Shown here piece by piece: positions 1 to 10,600 of a DNA stretch of 64,000 nucleotides. Source of the DNA: Klebsormidium nitens (lineage: Eukaryota; Plantae; Klebsormidiophyceae); NCBI GenBank assembly GCA_000708835.1, contig DF237147.1, positions 62,001 through 126,000 on the forward strand. Reading direction: 5' to 3'. The translations under genes were made by a program, and so were the position numbers. The number at the start of each line of letters is the position of its first letter. Within the stretch, counting starts at the first letter, position 1. The notes under the pieces are model-generated. The model did no database searches, was not told where the DNA came from, and worked only from the letters and a program-made list of their open reading frames with translations.

Positions 1-556
1 TGATGACCATGTCCGCGACATGAACCACTTAGTATACATACTAGGTACATATTCCCATGTCAGTGTGAGGCTAATTCTTATCATATTGTGGATCTAGGTA
101 TACAGGCTTTGACCTCATGCTTCGTGGCTGCTTATCTAGATTTGATAAAACAAATAGCATTGCGTGCGGACGCCTCAGCCTGGTTGCACGCATCCTGGGT
201 CACGCCTTTGTGGTTCAACAAGGTTATTGATTGGTTGCAGACTCGTCCTACTTGACTGGGTAAGAGCGTAGGAGGGCTGGCGCAGCCACACTCATTCAAA
301 TCATTTAACAAAATAGAATCTGTACTGCAGGAGCGGGATACTAGTGCAGGCTTGCTGTCTGCAATGACGGCACTCAACCTTTCTGCAAGTCTGGGCTTAC
401 AGAAACACAGCTTATCCACAGCTTATCAATCAAAATCCAGCCTGACATCTGTACCCATGACCACCACCTTAATCAACGCTTCAAGTCACGACTCGAGGTA
501 ATCAATGACTATACTGCTTGCTGCAAAATTCACAGTGGACATACTGCTTGTGGATA

Positions 557-1168
557 TCACTTTCGTTGGATGTGCTCTCTTTGTTTTTCTGCAGCTTGCA
601 ATGCTGTAACTACGGAAGGCACTTGTTCAGGACTGCTTGCTCTGCGTTCTGCTTCAATAGCTGTCACCTTGTTATCTGCGCAGAAGTCCAAAGAAACTCT
701 TGCTCGTTAAAAGTGGGTTGCTCACTTGTTCCCCTTCAATCACTCTCAAACAGGCACAAAGGAAGCTTTTGGTCATTGCAGCGAGTGCTTTAGACTGGGC
801 AGCCGTGACCTCATGTTTTGAAAACTTTCCCTCATCCTCAGAGTAGTAGATTGATTGCTGACAAATCTGATTTCCGACCATCTCAAGGTATCCTTTGTCC
901 TGCAGAAGTTCAGCCACAAAACATGGGAGCTGCAACGAAGTTTTGTGATTTGAACCACAAGTGCATCTGTCAGAGCCTCAGTGAGCTGAAGATATGTCAA
1001 AATTTTGATGCATGGCCGCTTACAGAAACCCGTTTTGATCATGAACAGCTCCATCGAAGCCCCCACAACGAAGCACACGGCTGCCAGCTTCGCCTGAAAA
1101 CGCCAATCAATCCCTGATCGTCGCCCCAGGCCATGAACAGCTGTGGCATTGGAGCTCGCAGACATCAT
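557..1168 (-). CDS. Small single-TM protein, UPF0640/SMIM4(UQCC5)-like (87 aa, 2 exons: 1168-1024, 675-557)
   Basis: Exon 1 MMSASSNATAVHGLGRRSGIDWRFQAKLAAVCFVVGASMELFMIKTGF ends at T|gtaagc. Acceptor ctgcgcag|AT at 675 continues YNKVTAIEAERRASSPEQ...QRK*. Total 264 nt, in frame. The F..GASMELFMIKTGFY motif resembles the UPF0640 family from memory. Confidence 0.7.
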
Positions 1169-1524
1169 TCGGCTCCTATCTCGACGTATTGCCACTGTCA
1201 CTATGGTGCGGATTCACTAGCTAGGTCGGCGTTCATTGATGAACTACTGCAGTTTCATCATTGTATGTTCGACGCAAAAACATGGAAACCAAAGATGGAC
1301 TTTTGACTAAGTAGATGATCAACACTTTGGGGATTAGTTACATAGATGACGTTGGCTCTATTCTGTTGTCAGAGAATCAAGGAAGCACTGTCGAATTCAA
1401 GAGAGCTTACACAGCGTCTCCTTTCCGTTTCCTCCAGTTGCTCATCCCCCAAGGATAGCTCTACTTCTGTCAAGTTCTGATGAGATTTGTGCCGGCCAGT
1501 TCCCAACCAGCTTCTGAAAAATAC

Positions 1525-1660
1525 CGCGCGCGCGCGCGCTAAACGTTTGCTACGCACAAAAACCGTCAAGCTTCACCATTTCTGCAACGTTTTTCTAAAC
1601 GTTTGCCGTTTCTGTAATTAGTATACCATTACCGACTGTCGTGCTGCCAAACCATTACCG
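1525..1660. promoter_or_regulatory. Motif cluster in putative bidirectional promoter: (CG)7 tract, CTAAACGTTTGC x2, ACCATTACCG x2
   Basis: (CG)7C at 1525-1539; CTAAACGTTTGC at 1539-1550 and 1595-1606 (palindromic AAACGTTT core); ACCATTACCG at 1625-1634 and 1651-1660. Lies between divergent start codons at 1168 and 1841. The regulatory role is inferred. Confidence 0.35.
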
Positions 1661-1840
1661 TTTGTAGGGCCTCAATATAACTTACCCACAGAAGTCTGTA
1701 GTCCTGAGCTGATCGTCCTGAAAGTTGAACAGCGAGCAAGCAGATGGAGTCCTGCATGCTGCCTCCGTGGAGCGACATTTCGGATCGATGTAGGAACATG
1801 TGTTACGCCCTCAGCCGATTTGGATGCTCTACTTAGAACC

Positions 1841-3388
1841 ATGAAGCCAGGGGAGCAGCTGTGCTACACCCGGCTTCTTCACCTCAGCCTGCACGAAGAG
1901 CATGTCGTGTCTCGCAAGCGCTGGCATGCAACCATTGGTCAGCAAGTTGGGGGCCGCAGGAGCAGGAAGATCAGCTGGCTACTGCCGCAGGTGCCCATTG
2001 GGAACCTGTGTACGTGGGTGGTGGCGATTGCGGTGCTGCTGCAGGTGAGCAGGTGCACAACAGCAGTGCACCTTCTGCTTGGCTGGATGCTTAGCAGGTC
2101 TACCTGAGGCTGCAGATTGTTCTCAAAAAGGGGGATTGCTAACAGGCTGTTCATCTCAAAGAGCGTGACGATGCCGCTGGTGCACCCAGATCAATGCAAT
2201 CTTTGGGGCCTATATTGTTGCCAAAGTTTGCTAATGCAACATTGTCTTCTAAACAGTGGGAGGCAGTGTGATGAGAGCAGTGTGGGGTACCTTGGTGCCT
2301 TGCACGACATGTACAGCTGGGGTCAGTTATAGTCACGATCGCCTTGATTGATGGGTTGACATGTGTCAAGAACCCTGGAGTATGAAGCCTTTCCTTGCAC
2401 GCCCTTGCAGGTGGTGTCGTTCTACTTCAGTGGCCCTCTGTCTCTCACGCTCCTGGGCTGGTGCCTTGTTGCTGAGCTCCTCTGGAAACTCTCCATTGTG
2501 CAGCAAGGTAGGAGCTGCTTCAGAAAGGGCCGTTCTACAGGGTGTGGCTCGCGCTTCCTACCAACATTCAATAGACGGGCTGAGACAACTGCACCATCAG
2601 TTCTGAGGAAGATCTTTATACTGGAGCCAGTTTTTGTTAGATGATTTCAATCAACCTCATTTCTGCTTTCTATTTCCAGAGTCGGTGTTGGTGGTTCACT
2701 CGCTGGGGCTGCAGGTAGAGACCGTCTGGCTCAGGTGAGGGACCGTTCCTGTCTTGCACTGCACCACCAACAGTGAAGACACATCCGCAGCTAGAAGCAG
2801 ACAGACCCGTCTTTTGAATTCTACACCAGCTACAGCCAAAGTGTGCCAGACGCTACTCAATTCGACCATGTCGTCCAAGTCCATGTGCTTGCCTTCGAAG
2901 GCTTTGAGGCAGCCTGAGTCAGATCGTGTGCTTTCTTTGTGCAGCGGCCGCATTCACCGAACCTTTCTGCCCATGGACCGAATCCGCGCCGTGATCATCA
3001 ACGAGGCCGTCCATAGCCACACCTCCTTCTTCTATCTGGCCCTGCTTGTAAACGACAGCAGCGAATTGACACTGATTTATCGGGTGAGTGTTCCACAAAG
3101 TCGAGCATTTTTGGTCTGGTTTGGCAGCTGTGCCCTTACGGTCAGCTATGGTTCCGGCTTGAATCAGTAACGAGGACGCACGTATGTTCTGCTGGATCAA
3201 TCTTTCCTTTGAGGCTTCATGCAAAGTGCGAAAATGATTGGCTTGAAGGTACCCAATTTACTTGCTTTGTGCAGAATCTACGGCCACCTCTCAAAGTGTT
3301 GACAGAGGTACGGACTGCCGTTGAGCGAGCTCTGCTCGTACATGAGCAGGAGCAACAGAAAGAGCGGCCTGCATCGATGCCAGATTGA
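1841..3388 (+). CDS. PIGH: GPI-GlcNAc transferase subunit PIG-H (202 aa, 5 exons: 1841-2044, 2411-2507, 2680-2734, 2945-3083, 3275-3388)
   Basis: All introns are GT-AG and exons total 609 nt in frame. Two hydrophobic segments are followed by ESVLVVHSLGLQVET, RTFLPMDRIRAVIINEAV..FFYLALLV and NLRPPLKVL, matching the PIG-H (GPI-GnT) family pattern. Confidence 0.85.
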
Positions 3389-3940
3389 CTGTACTCAATC
3401 ACTGACTTCATTATAGCATAGGACTGCAAAGAGTAGGCAGGCCCAGAAAAGCATACAGTACGCAAGCGCTTGAGGACCAGTAGCGATTGGTTCTCGAACG
3501 AGGAACGAGGAACGAGATCAAGGTTGTCCGACTGCGATAAGGATGCAATATGTCGTCAAGTTATAAAGCTATTCAACGTCGGACTCCGGGTAAAGCCAAG
3601 CTGGTCATGCGCTCTGCAGCAAATTGCTCGACATCACCGGAATTATAGTCAGTGATGCTCTGGATTTTCATCATGGTCACTTCTCTGTGCCCCATGTTGC
3701 ATGGTATACAAGCGCTGGACCAATCTGGTTTCAACGTTTGAATGTAGACTTGGATTGATTGGAAAGTGGCCGCCCTGCCCGGCAAGTTTCTGGAAATTAC
3801 TGAATGCATGTATGTTACAAGATTATCCATTGCATGGCTGGCGGATCGATGCACCTGCTTGATCGTATCGCGCGTGCGGCTCAGTGCATTCAATGATTCA
3901 GTTGCTTGCGCGCAGAATCGAGACTGTTCTTGCAAGTCGC

Positions 3941-3962
3941 TACATACACGTACGTACATGTA
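3941..3962. repeat. 22-nt perfect purine-pyrimidine alternating tract in PIGH/TSEN34 convergent spacer
   Basis: TACATACACGTACGTACATGTA read directly. Confidence 0.8.
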
Positions 3963-4223
3963 GAGCCTGAGTATTCAATGAGTCATCAAAACTGAAGCAA
4001 GTGCAGCCTAGCTGGGTAACGGAATTTGCAAACTCAAGATCATAGCCAGGCGATGAACGAAAACAACATCGAGAAGGCTTGGGCTTAACTTGGCAAAGGG
4101 AGAAAGCCCATGCAGGCTGTTCCATATTCAGAAAATCTGATCGGAAGATCCTTGTCGAGAACCCACGTATGTGTCTAATGCAAACGAGAAGCTCGACAGG
4201 ACCTGTAGATGCTCTCCGAACTC

Positions 4224-6485
4224 TCATGTTCTCTTTCGAGGTGGCGGTGGAGGGACGGCTCTGAGTCCCCGGCTGACCCCAGACGCCGTGACCAGATCGG
4301 GAGCAATGACAAAGTACTGGACCTGCCTTTCCCAGCCTTCAGAGCCGCCTTCCTTCCGACTAACCAGTGCTATCAGAAACTTCTTCCGAGCCGTCAAAGC
4401 CACACGACTTGCAGCTGACAAACTTGGATAAGGTAACCTCGAGGCCTTCGACAGTACCCGCACCACAAACTCCGAGTGATAGTCCATCGGATCACCTGCA
4501 TCGAAGATTGGATCAGATCCAATGTGAGCGAAAGGACAGAACGAGGACGAAGTTGCGACATATCCGGCCCCTGCGTGGAGACACAATCTGGCTGTCAAAT
4601 TCTTCTTGCTTCCTGAAGGATCGAAGCCAGAAGCTGTACCAAGCACCTCAATACGGCGAGCCTGATTTGAAGTAAGCCGGACACAACTAGTCAATTCTAG
4701 CCGAAGGCAGTCTTACCTGCATAAGCCAGGAAGTTGCCCCCAAAGTTGGTCCCACTGGTGATGGTATACCTGAAGAACGGAGACGCACATGGACATCATT
4801 GGAGTGGCGGTTTCAGGAGGACGGGCTGAGATAGACATTGCCCAGCCAACCAGCTCAATTCGCAGAGCTGCACAAACACATCTTCAAATAGAAGTTTCTT
4901 TTATTTGTAATGTTCCCGCATTACAAGGGAACAGCTCCCAGATTGGTGGGGCTTACTCACCCTCTGACGTACATGTCCTCGTAAACTACAAAGCGGTCCG
5001 ACTCTTCGTGCGGGGGAGCGGGCACACCAGGCACGGCTGAGACAGAGAATGGGAGGCGCAACTCAGAAATTAACCGTATAATTGCACTGCCCCGTTTGTT
5101 CAGAGAATCACACTGTGAGGACATGAGGTCCAGCCTGAAGGCGCATCACAAGTCTACATTACGATTCGGCAGCTGTGCATCCCGATTGTGCTTTCATAGT
5201 CCAAAGGGTCCCCATTTCGTGTGGTCTGACTAATCTGGTCCACTATGGTGAGCCCCTCACCTGCATCTATGGAATCCGGTGACTTGGTCAAGACATTCTT
5301 TTGCATGGTGCCTGCAAATGACAGCCAGTACTCCTCCTCCCTGCTTCCCTTCTTCTTCTTTGCAGGCGCTGATGCAGGGGTGGACGGTTCACAGGGCGCC
5401 GCAGCAGCGTCTGATCCTGCATCACCACCGGCGCCCACTGTGGCGTCCTCTACCCCTGATACAGCCTCTCCCCTACTCTCTAAGGCGGACGGGCTCGACG
5501 ACACTTCTTCGTCTGCTTGTCTATCCTGGATTGCATCTGTTCCGTTGTCTGCCACTCGATCGGAGGCTATCCGTTCAGTGTCGATGATTGCAGCCCGCTT
5601 CCCTGCTTCTGGTACAGTCGTTGGTACTGTAGCAGGGCCCTGTACATTTGGCGGTGATGGTTCTTTAGGCTGGCTTGTGTTTGCATCTGTTGTGGCCTCG
5701 CTCTGAGATCTTTTTTCCGAGAGTCTTTCCAAATCTTCTTGGGTAGGCGTTGGGGCTGGGGCTTGTGACAGCACAGCTAGCGGCAACGGGTCTGGTGCAA
5801 TCAGGAACCAGCCTGCGCAAATGAGAACAACATGTCACAAGTGTGGGTTGAGATACTCTGACAACTCGATAAGAAGAACACATCAGCTTTGTCACATGGG
5901 GCGCCTTTTGTAGCTTGACGTTGATCGCTAGGAGCTAGGCATCCCACTTTTTTCTTACCGAAGCCCTTGAGAAGTGGCCTTCCTTGGACAAATTTCCACT
6001 GAGCTGGCCTTCTTTTCCGCTACCTTCCGCCAAAGCACTCGAACAAAGTGCGCAATCAGCGCTCACCTCTCTTGAGGCCCAATTGCAATTCCTCCGGCAT
6101 CAGCAGCAGCGGCAGGCTGTGGGGCATGTGCTCCTGGTGGGTGTTGCCCGTGTTGGGTCCAATGAGAGCGCCAATGAAGCGGCGCTGCTCTCGCAGCAGC
6201 TTCACATCTGCAGAATGTCAATGACAGTTTCCACCAACACCTCCCAATTTGCATTCTGGGTGAAAGGCACGATCTGAAAAGCAATTGTACAGCAAAACAA
6301 GATTCCCTGATGCACTTGAGCATAAACTCGGTGTCAGAGCTTTCCTCGAACCTCTTGATGGATGGGTGGTGGAACTCAAGCAGTGGAAAGAAAACGAGTT
6401 GAAGGATTCGTGGTGGCATCTTACCATCAGCACTCCAAACATACCCACGCCCTGTCGCAAGGTGTACCACAACCTCAGAAACCAT
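4224..6485 (-). CDS. TSEN34: tRNA-splicing endonuclease catalytic subunit Sen34
   Basis: N-terminus MVSEVVVHLATGRGYVWSAD|VKLLREQRRFIGALIG...SLPLLLMPEE is Sen34-type. C-terminal catalytic region VYEDMYVRGYTITSGTNFGGNFLAYAGDPMDYHSEF...ARKKFL carries the Tyr-His-Lys triad. Exons include 6485-6425, 6207-6067, 5812-5261 and one starting at 5036, plus further small exons to the stop at 4224. Confidence 0.9.
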
Positions 6486-7669
6486 CTTGCAAGCATCCAA
6501 GAGCAACCAAGGAAAGCGGTACAGATACACTAGTCAATAGACTAGCTGGGGCGCTCCTTTGAAGAACCTATTTCGCCACCTCGAAATGACTTTCTGTCTC
6601 TTCTCATTTCCAGAGCGCTGCGTGTGCACAATTTGTGGAGCGCTGCGAAGTATGAGCATCATGCCCAAGGAAAGCCCCACGCACAGCCCACCCTGGCAAG
6701 TTAATTACCTATGTACAATTACATATCAAATGTTGGTGAACGCATCTGGACTGCGTCCAGAGTTGAACCATTACCAGGTAGTTGCAATGACTTGACTCGC
6801 AACGCCTCTTCATACGCTTCGGAGCTCACATCGATTGATCTCTTGGAGCGATCTGCCGACACTGCTTTCGATGTCATGCCCCCGCACATTACCGTTACCA
6901 AATGCCGTTCTTCTCGCGAAGCGTCAATCTTAATCTTATGATTATGAACCATTGCATATTAAAACATGAGAAAGAAAGTGAAAACTGAAATGTCCATCTC
7001 CACAACTTCGCATTCAAGTTCAACACAATGCTGGCCAGTGGCAGCAGCCTGAGCAAGAGAGTCGAAGAAACGGATCCCCTTGACAGCCAGCGAGCTTCCC
7101 TGCTGCCTCAGTGCGCTGCCCTTGCTGTTGCAACGGTCTTCCTGAGGTCATGGACAGGCAGGTGAAGATACGTGTTGCTGCTGCCGTGGCGCTTCTCGTG
7201 TGGGCTGGCGCTCTTCAGGTAAGCGTTGCACAGGCATGAGGTGGACAGCGGATGTGCTGCCTCCTTCCAGATTGCAGCGTATCCAAACATATGTAGTTCT
7301 GTTTTGTGTTTTGTCATGATAGCATGATCAAGCATAACCGAGCTGATCACAAGCGTTGAGGAGGTACTTATCTAGTATTACATGATGCTTCTTGCTTCTT
7401 AGGCGGATAATTTTGTTCCTGTAAGGTTTTCAATTGTGAGTGGTTGTAGTGCTAAGTGCGCAATGCCACGTGTCAGGTGAACATGCACTACCTGAAGCAG
7501 CAGAATGCCTTCAAGGAGAAGTTTGGGGACCAGACAAAGGGACAGTAAAGAACAATGGTATTACTGCCCTTCCATCGGTGGAGGAGCTGCTGAGCAGCCA
7601 GTGGGGTCAGCAAGCATGATAAAGGGCATCGCGCGCCACCACTGAAGGAGCGTGTTGAACGCAACACCG

Positions 7670-10600
7670 ATGGACTTCGGCAAGGCGGTTCGCTCAAGCG
7701 CTGTGGCACGGGCTCCGGAGCTTGCGAGCTTCCTCCTGCAGGAGAACGTAAGAAGATTCTTCAGATCAGGCTTTTGGAACACATTGATGGTGGGCATGCT
7801 GATGCTCACCCCAATCATCAGACTAACTTGGTCGCAGAGATGGGATTTGAACGGACTGCTCCTCAGCTGCCATCGCCAAACTGCTTGAATGATTGCTTGT
7901 TTGATGAGGCTGATAAGTTGCTCATTGAGTCTGCCCGCTCTTACACTTGAAGTGACACTGCAGGTCTGTCCTGGGTGCGTCCTCCGCTTCCTCAAGACCC
8001 GCCCCTCGGATCTGGCATCCCCTCTGCCCTCAGCCAAGGCTTCCAACGTAAGCCTGCACAGATCCTCCTCATTAGAGCCTCCGGCCGGTGATGACTCTAA
8101 TCAAGCAGTCCAGGGAGGTGGGACTGCTGTACCAAACGGTCGAGAGGCGGTGTGCCCTATGTGCCTGGGCATACTGCAGAGCTTGGGAGCAGAATTTTTT
8201 GATGGGGTGGTGGAAGGCACCTTGGCTGGGGGTGGGAATGAAGGAAGTGCTCAAGCGGCAACCGGACAATGTGAGGAAAATTCTAAGCGGGGCAATGACG
8301 GGGCTGAGTGTCTAGGTTCAGGCGGTGCTGTCACGGCAGGCCAGAAGTTAGAGGTGGTGGCAGAAGAGAAGCTGGTCCCAGGGTCCGGCTTATGCACTGT
8401 CATCAAGGCTGGGGTCCAAAAGTCGGGCCAGCAGTTTGAGGATTTGGCCTTGGAGCTGGTCTTGCCGCAGCTGGTGCAAGTGCGGCAGCACGCTCTCTGG
8501 TGAGGCGCCAACGTATCACCATGCCACGCGTACTTTAGTCAGCACCTGTCTTAGCTTTTCAAGAGCTTCAGCAATAAAAGCGAAGATGATTGCCATGATC
8601 GAGAAATACCCAAAATTATTTCACGAATTTCTCCCCACCCAGAAGTGAAACATTTCGGGGGTTGGGGCCACAAACGTTGACTGGTGTTCGTCATTGATCC
8701 TTTGCCTTCTTGCCCCTTCGCTCTGATCACCAGTACATCCCCAGAGTCTGGCAGCTGTGTCAGCGTTGATCCGCATCCGTGGTGCAGGGCCCATCTCCAG
8801 CAGGCCATGCCGGATCTCCCCCTGCTGCGAGGGGGATGCTCCGAGGCTGTCCTCCCTGTCAAAGACGCCCTCAAGCACGCTCTCTCTACACGGCTGGAAC
8901 AGACACTGGTGAGGGGTCGCCCAGGAACGCCCTACGCTAGAACGATCGCTGCCAAGAAATGCAGCTTTGCATACGACCAAAGTTAGGAATTGTTCCAGTG
9001 GCTTGTTAAGGTCCTGTATAAGAGTATGAAGCTCTTTCAAAGGTGGGCTGTTGCGTAGGACTCACTCTGAGCATCTTGAATGTCGTCTGTTTCATCTCTT
9101 GTGGTTCTAGGGGACCAAGCTAGACGCGAGCTCGTCCGTTCGGTGCGCCATCAGTTTCAGCCACCCCGACAACTCGGCAGAGGTGGCGGCAGCGCTCAGC
9201 CCCGCCAAGCAGGTGGCGAGGAAACGGCAAAAAGGTACCCTTGTCCGCCGCCGTAAACAAGTGCAAAGTCATTTTCACAAAGCTTGCCCGAATGATGCAC
9301 CAGTCTTAACAGATGATGGCATGCACTTCTGCCGTGGCAGCCTCTTGGAAACGAGGTGTTTGGAACGCGGATGGCGAACCTAGTAACGTCCAACGAGCTG
9401 GTGTTGCAGGCAACTATGGGTACTGGAAAAGAGGGGGTTCGCCGGGAGAAAACGACGACGCTGCGCGGCCAGAAGAGAGCCTCGCATCAGTGCAGAAGGC
9501 ACTCGACGGACTCTCACCCCAGGAGACGAGGAACAGGCTGCCGTGGCCACCAGCAGAGGTAAGAACCTCTTGTCAGACGTCAGTGTTGCAGCCGCTCGGA
9601 ATGCAATTGTGGGCTCGTCAAAGCGGTTGACCTGGCAACCCCTGGTTCCGTATACCCGGATTCTCTGATTCGCGACGGCCCAAGAGCAAATGAGTCTTGC
9701 CTTGTGGCACGTAGGAAATCGACTGATCTTTAGTAGGCAACGTGCTTTTTGTTATACTTGCAGGCGACAGCTCCTTGCACGGTGGACGTGAAATGCTGGC
9801 GCAGCCCCGTCTTTGTCGGGGGCCGTTATCTCAAGGTCAGATGCCACGACTGGGCCCCTGTATCCAATCTGCGTTCCACCGCAACCTCCGTTGCGTAGCT
9901 TGATGGCTAAGCTCACGAGAGGGCCAATATACTTATCATCTAAATATCGCATACGTTAGACAAATTCACACCCTACATGGTCAAGCTTAAAGTAGGCTCT
10001 TGTTGCTGCGCAAGAAGTAATCGAAAGCGAAACAAAGCAGTAGAGGAGTGAGCTCCGTACAAGCCATGGAAGATCTTACCAAAGGATACCTCACGAGATG
10101 ATTCTGTTTTTTTGAACAAGATAGGATTTGTCAAGTCGTTTAGTAGGGTCGAAACGACTGCCTTGCGAGGTCGCCAGATGTTCAGTCCCTCATCTGGTAA
10201 ATGGTGACGGACCTGTGTGGTTGCGGGTCCAAGCGGTTTCCTTGAGTGTGGTGCAGCTTGCATGGCACAATGACAGGCCCCCATGAGCTCTGGAAAACAG
10301 TAACGCGTATCTTAAAGTAGTCCCCCCCGTGTTGGTCTCCGTTTCCCTCTTAACGGCCGTGCGCTTTTTTTCCGTCCGAGACGACGCTTGCCGCCCTGCC
10401 GTGCAGCTGGTACGCGGCCTGAGCCAGAGCCCCTGGCTCGTGGACGAGGAGCGGGTCGGCAAGGAAACCTCCGTCCAGGTACGGCCCGACGGCGCACACC
10501 CCGCTCAGGCGGCCGGATTTGCTAGGGGATTGCTATTGCTTGCACGGTATAAAAGTGCCTAGGGCGTTTCCAACTACTGTTCGACTCGACCAGGTTGCGA

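Noticed and set aside
10579-10590. GTTCGACTC T-loop-like motif (also near 60815) as a possible tRNA
   Set aside because: Flanks do not form a T-stem and there is no cloverleaf.
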